A program made the position numbers and the translations under genes. Below, one piece after another: positions 20,385 to 28,331 of a stretch of DNA of 64,000 nt (its first letter is position 1; each line of letters starts with the position of its first letter). Under the pieces are notes generated by a model. The model saw only the letters and a program-made list of their open reading frames with translations, ran no database searches and was not told where the DNA came from. The stretch is from a virus (taxonomy: Duplodnaviria > Heunggongvirae > Uroviricota > Caudoviricetes): IMG/VR virus record IMGVR_UViG_3300006217_000002. One strand, 5' to 3'.

Positions 20385-21109
20385 TGGCTGTAGCAAATAG
20401 ACAATACATTGAGAAACTTATATACGATACATTTGATGCTCTTGATCCATCAGGTACGAATACAAACAAATTCAAATTGGCATTTGCTCAAATGAATGAT
20501 GCTCAATTTGAAAAATACATGAAAGATTTCTTGAAAAATGATCAGGAAAATTTCATGCTAGATATTGTTGAATTCGATCATGACCTTAAGATGGAAAATT
20601 GTGAAAAGGCAGCTAAAGTACTTGGAATTCCATTAATGGAATATGTATACATGCCTCACTTAACAATGGATAGAAATAGAGTAGTTGTATCAAAACAGAA
20701 ATGCCTTGTAGGTTATATCAACATCAAGAGAACACAGCAGATGGTTCAGAAGAAGAATGGTTTATCTATATCTAATGAGCGAAGATCTGCAATGACTGGT
20801 CAGGCAGTTGATAAAGATAAAAATGCCAGAGATTCTGATATTGAAGCATCAATGTTAGTTGCTCTTGGAGCAGATAAAATTCTTCAGGAGTTACATGGCC
20901 CTAGATCTGATGATCCTGTAATGAAAAGACAGATGAATCAGAGTATTGCTACTAAGGGATATGTAATGCTTGAAGAACTTGATAATCTTCCTACAAACAA
21001 AGTAACACTAAATACAGTAAACACTTATCTTTTAGGAATGGGATTAAAATCAGATATTATTTCTGGTACATATATTCTTCCTAAAACATCTGAAGAAGTG
21101 TTTTCTTAA
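20384..21109 (+). CDS. Phage multisubunit RNA polymerase, beta C-terminal piece (probably virion RNAP)
   Basis: VGYINIKRTQQMVQKK..TGQ..ARDSDIEASMLVALGADKILQELHGPRSDD aligns with RpoB C-terminus (QRFGEME..AYGA..LQE.LT.KSDD). Confidence 0.85.
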   Translation: MAVANRQYIEKLIYDTFDALDPSGTNTNKFKLAFAQMNDAQFEKYMKDFLKNDQENFMLDIVEFDHDLKMENCEKAAKVLGIPLMEYVYMPHLTMDRNRVVVSKQKCLVGYINIKRTQQMVQKKNGLSISNERRSAMTGQAVDKDKNARDSDIEASMLVALGADKILQELHGPRSDDPVMKRQMNQSIATKGYVMLEELDNLPTNKVTLNTVNTYLLGMGLKSDIISGTYILPKTSEEVFS

Positions 21110-21136
21110 ATCTTAAAGAAAAGGAGAGAAAATATT

Positions 21137-21739
21137 ATGTTAAATATTCAGGTATTAGGTAATGGACTTATTCCAAGGGGGTTAGGTCTTGCTCCTCGTT
21201 TAGAACCGTTTCCGGCAGATTATATATTAATTTGCACGATCATGCAGACTCGTGGGTTAGAAGTTAAAATGGTAAATCCTGATGATGGTAAATTAATTAA
21301 GCTTACTCCTCACAATGTGAAACGTATGTGGGATAAATATGGAAAAAGAACTCCTGCTAAGAGCAGAGTTATTGAAGTAAATATGCCTCCACAAAAAGAG
21401 GAAGAGAAGAAAGAACCCCAGATCTATGCTCCGATGAATCAGAAACCTGATCAGGTAAAAGAGGTTCCTAAGGATGTAATTCACGATGCTGTTAAAAATG
21501 CAGCTTCTACTGTATTTGATAAAGCACCTGAATCTGCTGCTCATGTTGTTCCTGAACAGAAAGTTGAAACTACTGTATCAGATGAAAAGTCTGAGGAGGA
21601 ACCTGCTGAAACAGGTACAGAAGATACTGCAGCACCGGAGAAAAAAGAGGAAGAGAAGAAAGAACCCCAGAATGATAACAAGAATAACAATGGAAAGAAC
21701 CAGGGGTTCAAGCCTATCAATAATCCTAAACAGAAATAA
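21137..21739 (+). CDS. Hypothetical protein with low-complexity mosaic C-terminus
   Basis: 200-aa ORF with SD; contains 30-bp internal duplication and 50-bp patch shared with 50807..50856. Confidence 0.7.
   Translation: MLNIQVLGNGLIPRGLGLAPRLEPFPADYILICTIMQTRGLEVKMVNPDDGKLIKLTPHNVKRMWDKYGKRTPAKSRVIEVNMPPQKEEEKKEPQIYAPMNQKPDQVKEVPKDVIHDAVKNAASTVFDKAPESAAHVVPEQKVETTVSDEKSEEEPAETGTEDTAAPEKKEEEKKEPQNDNKNNNGKNQGFKPINNPKQK
21393..21422 (+). repeat. 30-bp exact direct repeat (second copy 21642..21671)
   Basis: AAAAAGAGGAAGAGAAGAAAGAACCCCAGA (KEEEKKEPQ). Confidence 0.85.
21582..21631 (+). repeat. 50-bp dispersed repeat, 49/50 identical to 50807..50856
   Basis: ATGAAAAGTCTGAGGAG(G/A)AACCTGCTGAAACAGGTACAGAAGATACTGCA; EKSEE(E/K)PAETGTEDTA in both proteins. 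Confidence 0.9.
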
Positions 21740-21754
21740 GAATGTAGAATTGTT

Positions 21755-21788
21755 AAGAAAGGAGGGATTCAATCCCTCCTTTCTTTTT
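21755..21788 (+). terminator. Intrinsic terminator
   Basis: AAGAAAGGAGGGATT-C-AATCCCTCCTTTCTT + T tail. Confidence 0.8.
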
Positions 21789-21801
21789 GTATTATTTTAG
21801 T

Positions 21802-21811
21802 TATATATTTT
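21802..21811 (+). promoter_or_regulatory. Putative early promoter TATATATTTT
   Basis: Recurrent motif upstream of RNAP beta' gene. Confidence 0.55.
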
Positions 21812-21872
21812 TACCTGGAGTATAACCTTATTATACTAAATATTGATTATTAAATAATGGAGGTAAAGATAT

Positions 21873-24035
21873 ATGAGTAATGCAGTATTATATAATCTTC
21901 CTACTATCAGGAGAGTAGAAGATTGTGAAAGAGAATTTCCTGATATAATTATCATATCGAAATATAATTCATATGATCGATTTGATGATTTGTATTACAA
22001 AGTTTATTATGCTATATGCGCTTGTGTGGAAATACCTGAGTGCATAAGTTACAAAATAAAATTCAAATTCTATCCTGAAGATGATAAGATATATGAATTA
22101 TCAATGCCTAAATTCATGCTTAACCTAAATTCATGGAGACCTTTGATTGAACTAAATCAATTAGAGAAATATTATAAGAGACAGATCGATATCCTTGATG
22201 AAAGTTTCATCATTGGTATTATGATGAGTGATAATCTGAGGGTAGGTTTGGAATCTAAAGTACTTAAGGTTCTGAATGACTATGGAATTCCATTCGAACG
22301 TATTTCTGAATTACTTAAAACTGTAATTGAAAGATATCAAGAAGCGTCAATCGAATTCTCAATGATTGACAAGAGTAGTATAATGACATATGAGTCAATA
22401 TTCTTAAATGATTACAGAAAATCTCAGAAGATTCGTGAATTAAATAATATGCAAATTCCTCAGACATTACAGACAGCTGATGTAGAAGATCTGCTTAAGA
22501 AGAAAACAGCTGAACTTATTACAGAATTAGGTGTTACTAAGAACCCTATATGGTATGTATCTAAAGCTGGAAATCATATCAAGCCTAAACAGGTACAGGA
22601 GTTATTCCTATCATATGGACAGATACCAGATGTTACTGGAAATGTAATACCTTATACAATGCAGGGTAATGGATTCTCGACAGGTTATGTTGATCCTACT
22701 ACATATTATGTAGCGGCTACTGGAGCAAGATTATCAGCTATTATGAATAAAGCTCATATGGGAGAGGCAGGATATCTTTCAAGAAATCTTATACTTGCAA
22801 GTAGAACCTTAACTCTGTCTAAAACAGTATTCGATTGTGGAACTAAACATCTTCTTCCTCTTACTGTTACGGATAGTACTTTCCTTCATCGTCTTGAAAA
22901 TAAATGGTATAAAGAACATGAAGGAGACGATTTGAAATTAATTCACTATGAAGACTGCAAACATCTCATAGGTAAAAGGATTTTAGTGAGATCTCTTCTT
23001 ACGTGTGCATGTGGAGATGAAGTATGTCATGTATGTTATGGGCAGGATAGTCATCTTGTAATGAATATGCCTGGTATGGCTATTTTCAATACCGAAGTAT
23101 ATTCAGAACCTGTTTCGCAGAACATTCTTTCTACAAAGCACCTTTTGTTTACTGCAGCTAATAAGATTACTTTTAGTAAATCTTTCGATAAGTACTTTAA
23201 GTACAATGCTGGAGATATTTATATCAAAGATGCAGATGAATTTGATGAAGGAATTCCTACTGATCATCTTACGATAAGAATCGAGGAAGGTAACGTAGTT
23301 CCTGTAAATGAACAGGATATGGCAGAATATAATACCTTTGGTAATAATATTGAATCTCCTTTCTTTGTATATGATGAGAAGAGCAAGACTTATGATAAAA
23401 TCGAAATTATAAATTATGAGTCAATGTTTATTGATGCATCATCAATGAAATACTTTAAGATAGTAGCAGATAAGAAATCTGAAGGAGGTAAACGTTATTA
23501 TGAAATTCCTATGGATGTTCTATCTACTGAACTTGAAGGAAGATTGATGTCTATAGATATCAAGAATAATGGTCTAACAGATAACCTTTATATGATCATG
23601 AATCTTCTTAATAAGGATGCATCTAAATATGACGATTACAGTGTACTTGCTCAGGATTTCTTTGAAACATTAATCAGTGCAGGTATCAGATGTAGACATG
23701 TGCAAGCTGAAGTTATTCTTAATAGACTAATCAGGGATGCTAATAATGTATATAAGAGACCTGACTTCCGTCAGTTTAAGAATCCTGAGTATAAAATATT
23801 GACACTTAATCAGGCTCTTCTTAATACAGAAGCTCCTACTATAGGATTCTCTTATCAAGAACTTAAACGTCAAATCTTAAGTGATGCTCTATATGAAGAA
23901 AAGAGTGGTTCTTCTTATGTTGATCCATTATATGCAACAAAGATTAATACAGAACGTCTAAAAGAACTTGCTAAGAAAGTTAAAGAAAGGAGAATGATTA
24001 GACATGGAAAATCAACAGAAGACAAGCAATCTTGA
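21873..24035 (+). CDS. Phage multisubunit RNA polymerase, beta' C-terminal half (probably non-virion RNAP)
   Basis: Bridge helix GARLSAIMNKAHMGEAGYLSRNL, DCGT, Zn site RSLLTC..VCHVCYG, trigger loop SEPVSQNILSTKH; no NADFDGD, so the subunit is split. Confidence 0.9.
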   Translation: MSNAVLYNLPTIRRVEDCEREFPDIIIISKYNSYDRFDDLYYKVYYAICACVEIPECISYKIKFKFYPEDDKIYELSMPKFMLNLNSWRPLIELNQLEKYYKRQIDILDESFIIGIMMSDNLRVGLESKVLKVLNDYGIPFERISELLKTVIERYQEASIEFSMIDKSSIMTYESIFLNDYRKSQKIRELNNMQIPQTLQTADVEDLLKKKTAELITELGVTKNPIWYVSKAGNHIKPKQVQELFLSYGQIPDVTGNVIPYTMQGNGFSTGYVDPTTYYVAATGARLSAIMNKAHMGEAGYLSRNLILASRTLTLSKTVFDCGTKHLLPLTVTDSTFLHRLENKWYKEHEGDDLKLIHYEDCKHLIGKRILVRSLLTCACGDEVCHVCYGQDSHLVMNMPGMAIFNTEVYSEPVSQNILSTKHLLFTAANKITFSKSFDKYFKYNAGDIYIKDADEFDEGIPTDHLTIRIEEGNVVPVNEQDMAEYNTFGNNIESPFFVYDEKSKTYDKIEIINYESMFIDASSMKYFKIVADKKSEGGKRYYEIPMDVLSTELEGRLMSIDIKNNGLTDNLYMIMNLLNKDASKYDDYSVLAQDFFETLISAGIRCRHVQAEVILNRLIRDANNVYKRPDFRQFKNPEYKILTLNQALLNTEAPTIGFSYQELKRQILSDALYEEKSGSSYVDPLYATKINTERLKELAKKVKERRMIRHGKSTEDKQS

Positions 24036-24501
24036 TAAATCCGTTGAAGACATTTTAAAGTTCAAAGAGAAACTTGAAAAGGGTGCTGAGAATACTGAGG
24101 ATGTAAAAAGTGGAAAGTGTACTGCTGAGGATGAAAAACAAGAGCCAGGTTACATTCTATACAATGCTATTTCTGAATCTAGCATTGAGATCTTGAAACA
24201 ACCAACTGTTGTTAAATTCTTTGAAAATATCTCTAAAGATATTGGAGAAGATTTTTCAAAATCATTGGTTGAACTCCTTGCAATATGCATGTCTCATTCT
24301 GCTTATACTGCTATCACTTTCTATGATCAGATGTTGAAAGGAGAGTTAACAAGGCAATTTGATCATTATGGAGATCATTTAAACGCTATAGGAGGAACTG
24401 TTAAATCTCACGATGCAGTACTCGAAGTATTCAGTAAAAGATTATCTGAACTTGAAAAGAAAAATAAGTTAGACTCCGTAAAGACTGAAGTTAATAAATA
24501 A
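24004..24501 (+). CDS. Hypothetical helical protein
   Basis: 165-aa ORF overlapping the RNAP stop, AAGGAG SD. Confidence 0.7.
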   Translation: MENQQKTSNLDKSVEDILKFKEKLEKGAENTEDVKSGKCTAEDEKQEPGYILYNAISESSIEILKQPTVVKFFENISKDIGEDFSKSLVELLAICMSHSAYTAITFYDQMLKGELTRQFDHYGDHLNAIGGTVKSHDAVLEVFSKRLSELEKKNKLDSVKTEVNK

Positions 24502-24507
24502 CGTTGG

Positions 24508-24543
24508 TATTGGGAGCTCACTGTGAGCTCCCAATATTTTTTT
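24508..24543 (+). terminator. Intrinsic terminator
   Basis: TATTGGGAGCTCAC-T-GTGAGCTCCCAATA + T tail. Confidence 0.8.
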
Positions 24544-24546
24544 ATT

Positions 24547-24556
24547 TATATATTAT
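24547..24556 (+). promoter_or_regulatory. Putative early promoter TATATATTAT
   Basis: Recurrent motif upstream of ppk. Confidence 0.6.
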
Positions 24557-24594
24557 TATTTAGAATAAATAATGTTACAGTTAGGAGGATTATT

Positions 24595-26340
24595 ATGAAA
24601 CAAATATCTTTTATTCAAAGTTTAGTTGAGTTTAATAGGAGAGTATTGTATCAAGGAACTCCAGATAAAGATAGAGAATATTCGATGACGGAGATTGCAA
24701 ACTTATTATTTTTCAATGAAGTTTTTCTCAGTAATATGAAAGAAATTTTCTCTAAGTATAATACTAAAAATATTCTTGAGAAGTATGTAGATTTATTATC
24801 ACAATATATTAGTAATATTAAATTTATTCAAAGTCTTGTATCAGTATTAAATCCTGTATTAGTATTCGACAAAGATGATAGTTTCGAAAGAAGATTTGCT
24901 ATGGAATCATCATTAAGTAATATAATTATTGATCAGCATTTTCCTCTGGATAAGCCAATTAATTTTAAATTTGACAGTGATCAATTATATTATGTAAGTA
25001 TATTAGATGAGAAATATCTTGTTATATCATTTATAGATAAAAAGATGAATATCTATAACGAACCTATGGGATGTATATTTAAAGATCACAAATCTTATTG
25101 GAAAACTGATGAATGTATACGAGATTATATCAAGAATAAATATCAGACATTAGACACTGTAGCAATTAGTGTTACGACTTCAGAAAAGAATCCATATATT
25201 GTTACAAAGGTTGAATATAATGGTAATAAAGAAACTATGAAAGTCATAGCAGGATTATTTCATGGAGCTCCAATAATCAGCAATAGATTCATCTATACTA
25301 AAGATATCAAACAAATTATATCATCTAATAACAATGAGCAACCTGTTATATCTAAACAAAAATTTGAGAAAATTAGTCTGAGTAATTATATAAAGAATGA
25401 CGATCTCATAGAGTATCCAAGAGATTCATTTGAGGAATATCTTCATCTATTAAAATCTGCAGCTACCAGTAATGCAGTTGAATCAATATATTTAACTTTA
25501 TATAGAATAGGTACAAATCCTTCTATATTCTATATATTGAGGGAAGCTGTAAATAATGGTAAAGATGTTCGAGTTAATATTGAACTTTGTGCTTCTGGTG
25601 AATATATAAATGAGATGTGGATGTCTGAAATGAAAAGAGTTGGAATTAAAGTAACTACGTATGCATATAATACTTTGAAAGTGCATTCTAAGTTGACTTT
25701 AATTAAGTTTTCCAATGGTAGAAGGATATCTCAAATTGGTACAGGTAATTACAATTATACTACTACTTCTCAATATACTGATTTATCATTGGTAACTAGT
25801 AATGATGATATATGTGATCAAGTAGAAAAAGTATTTAAAATGTTTGATGGACATGATGTATCGTTCAATAAAAATTTACTTGTCACTAGATACAATGCTA
25901 GGAGTGAGTTAGTAAGATTAATAGATGAAGAAGCTGATAAAGGTATTGATGGATTCATATCTATTAAGTGTAATTCATTGGATGATTATGAAATAATCAA
26001 TCATCTTGATTTAGCTGCTAAAATGGGATGTACTATTGATCTTATCATTCGTGGTGTATGTACATGGATTCCAGAACAATTAGGGGTTAATGTAACTATT
26101 AAATCCGTTATATGGGACAAGTTAGAACACTCACGTGTATATTGTTTTAATAGGTACAATCCATCTATTTACATTGGATCTCTTGATCTTACTACTAAGA
26201 AAATTGAAAAAAGAATCGAAACGATGGTAAAGATTAACGATCCAGAAATAATGATAAAAATATGTAGATATCTAAATAGATATATTAACAATGGTGATGG
26301 ATGGTTATTAACATCAACTGGAGACTATGTTAAGGAGTGA
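24595..26340 (+). CDS. ppk1: Polyphosphate kinase 1 (divergent)
   Basis: EFNRRVL, YPRDSF, IYLTLYR, KVHSKL, GTGNYN, KCNSL.D, LIIRGVC, LEHSRVY, YIGS.D..KRIE; start moved to ATG24595 (AGGAGG SD). Confidence 0.85.
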   Translation: MKQISFIQSLVEFNRRVLYQGTPDKDREYSMTEIANLLFFNEVFLSNMKEIFSKYNTKNILEKYVDLLSQYISNIKFIQSLVSVLNPVLVFDKDDSFERRFAMESSLSNIIIDQHFPLDKPINFKFDSDQLYYVSILDEKYLVISFIDKKMNIYNEPMGCIFKDHKSYWKTDECIRDYIKNKYQTLDTVAISVTTSEKNPYIVTKVEYNGNKETMKVIAGLFHGAPIISNRFIYTKDIKQIISSNNNEQPVISKQKFEKISLSNYIKNDDLIEYPRDSFEEYLHLLKSAATSNAVESIYLTLYRIGTNPSIFYILREAVNNGKDVRVNIELCASGEYINEMWMSEMKRVGIKVTTYAYNTLKVHSKLTLIKFSNGRRISQIGTGNYNYTTTSQYTDLSLVTSNDDICDQVEKVFKMFDGHDVSFNKNLLVTRYNARSELVRLIDEEADKGIDGFISIKCNSLDDYEIINHLDLAAKMGCTIDLIIRGVCTWIPEQLGVNVTIKSVIWDKLEHSRVYCFNRYNPSIYIGSLDLTTKKIEKRIETMVKINDPEIMIKICRYLNRYINNGDGWLLTSTGDYVKE

Positions 26341-26344
26341 TGAT

Positions 26345-27061
26345 ATGTCATATGATCCACAAAAAACAACATGGTTGAATCCAAACATCGATTATATATT
26401 TAATACAGAAATAATTGAGTATGATATAAAGGATGCAGGGTTTAACCTAATAAAGCAATATAAATTATTACCTCCTGAGAAAATTCAGGAGTTAGAAAGA
26501 TTGGGAAAAGGTTTTGAAAGACATAAACAAGTGGGCTTACTTCAAAGAGATGATAGAGAATTTAGTGATAGTCTTCTTAAGAAGTTTGCTGAGATAAGAG
26601 CTATATTCATAAATATGAATAATCTAACCGATAATGACATAATCAGTGTGAAGAAAGATGCTATATTTATCATCGGTCATGTTAATAAAACAAAATTCGG
26701 AAAGATTGAATTTGCTCAGAAGAATGTTTATTCATCTTATGTAAGATTTCCCAATATACAAAATTTAGAGATATATTATTCTAATATGGGGCTAGAAATA
26801 AAAGGTATGTCTGATAATGCCATGAACAGGCATAGACTGTATATGTTTGATTTCCTATATAAGACTATAGGTCTTATAGAAGATCATTCTTCCAGTGTTA
26901 AAAGAAGTACTATAAGATTTATAGAGGAATATAAACATGGAGATTTAGAAGATGGATATTATCTTGAATTCAATAATATGAGCAGAGATGTCAATCCTAT
27001 CTTTAATTATCAAAATATTCTAGTCCCATTAGTTCAGATAATATTAAAGGAGGTAAGATAG
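26345..27061 (+). CDS. Small DNA-polymerase palm-like (PolB-related) protein
   Basis: EYDIKDAG (motif A-like) and ISVKKDAIF (motif C-like); start ATG26345 after AAGGAG. Confidence 0.45.
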   Translation: MSYDPQKTTWLNPNIDYIFNTEIIEYDIKDAGFNLIKQYKLLPPEKIQELERLGKGFERHKQVGLLQRDDREFSDSLLKKFAEIRAIFINMNNLTDNDIISVKKDAIFIIGHVNKTKFGKIEFAQKNVYSSYVRFPNIQNLEIYYSNMGLEIKGMSDNAMNRHRLYMFDFLYKTIGLIEDHSSSVKRSTIRFIEEYKHGDLEDGYYLEFNNMSRDVNPIFNYQNILVPLVQIILKEVR

Positions 27062-27063
27062 AT

Positions 27064-27729
27064 GTGGAAGATAATTTCAGATATATGATCTATAGAGTAT
27101 ACAGTAAATCTGAAAGACCTGATTATGCTAGTCGATCTATATTTTATGGATGGACACGAAGCAAAGATGTAAAGAAAGCTTTCTTGTCTCAAAGGAATAA
27201 AGACAAATATAGATGTGTAAAAGCATATGATGAGGATATCTCTGAAGAATACTCGGAAGATGTTTTAGACAGAGATACTATGATTGATTATATAAACTTA
27301 AGGTTTGCAAGTAATCCTCAAAATCAAATTCCGTTCTTCACTACTGTGGTAGAGCTAAAAGCAGCTGAAAAGAATATTCAGAAATACTTTAAGGATTTAT
27401 GCTCTCTCGATAGTGTAAGAAATACGGATAACATAATCACTATGCTAACACATTTAGATCCATATTACAGCGATGCTCTAGAATACATAGGATTTAGACC
27501 AGAAATTTTGGAAGCTATGTTTCCTAGAGCATGTGCTATGGAAGGTCAATTGGAGATTGATAGGATTGAAAACTGGATAGATATGGCATATGATGGTTCA
27601 TATACTTATCCGGAAGAAGAAGCTTCTTCTAAACATAATATTCCTGGAATAGGAGCGATGGAAGATGTTTCTAATAAAATATTATACTCTGTAGAAAGCT
27701 TTGTTAAAATTTTGAGAGATGAGTTATAG
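27064..27729 (+). CDS. Hypothetical protein, paralog of 27742..28278
   Basis: IFYGWTRSKDVKKAFLSQR vs IVGWSDDKDLIKSYMEFH. Confidence 0.65.
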   Translation: MEDNFRYMIYRVYSKSERPDYASRSIFYGWTRSKDVKKAFLSQRNKDKYRCVKAYDEDISEEYSEDVLDRDTMIDYINLRFASNPQNQIPFFTTVVELKAAEKNIQKYFKDLCSLDSVRNTDNIITMLTHLDPYYSDALEYIGFRPEILEAMFPRACAMEGQLEIDRIENWIDMAYDGSYTYPEEEASSKHNIPGIGAMEDVSNKILYSVESFVKILRDEL

Positions 27730-27741
27730 GAGGATATATGT

Positions 27742-28278
27742 ATGGCAAAATATGAAACAGGAGATATAGTGACGTACTATTTTATAGTACTTAAAATAGA
27801 TAATAAGCCTGGTATTGTCGGGTGGAGTGACGATAAAGATCTAATAAAGAGTTATATGGAATTCCATAAATGTAAGGATTATCATCTCAAGGAGGTAACA
27901 GATACCATTGATAACATAGGGAAAATACTTGAAGAAAATATTCATGATGAAATAAGACTAATGAATATTTTAATCAAAGATCCAACTAAAAAACACAGAG
28001 ACAAAATGAAATATATTCTTGTACCATGTACAGATTTACAGGCAGATTTCATCACATCTGAGCAATCTTGTTTTCTTAGTGCTAGGATAAATTATGGATT
28101 CATAAATTCTGCATTTTATTACTTGAAAGGAAAATATAGAAAAGCTTTGGAAGATATTTTCCTTATGGATGTGATAGATACCGTGATTAATAATAGAAGT
28201 AATAAAATAACAAGAAATATGCAATTCGATCAATTACTTATTCTGACTCGTAATTTTCCTGAGCATTTTGGTTTATAG
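27742..28278 (+). CDS. Hypothetical protein, paralog of 27064..27729
   Basis: Shared GW-x3-K motif; AGGAGG SD. Confidence 0.65.
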   Translation: MAKYETGDIVTYYFIVLKIDNKPGIVGWSDDKDLIKSYMEFHKCKDYHLKEVTDTIDNIGKILEENIHDEIRLMNILIKDPTKKHRDKMKYILVPCTDLQADFITSEQSCFLSARINYGFINSAFYYLKGKYRKALEDIFLMDVIDTVINNRSNKITRNMQFDQLLILTRNFPEHFGL

Positions 28279-28296
28279 GATCTTTTCACTAATTAG

Positions 28297-28322
28297 TTAT
28301 ATATTATAAAAATATAGAAAGG
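28297..28322 (+). promoter_or_regulatory. Putative early promoter + SD cassette, 26 bp identical to 37008..37033
   Basis: TTATATATTATAAAAATATAGAAAGG. Confidence 0.7.
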
Positions 28323-28331
28323 AGGATTAAG

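Noticed and set aside
24608-24840. FIQSLV peptide occurring twice in ppk1
   Set aside because: Only ~12 bp identical in AT-rich sequence; compatible with chance
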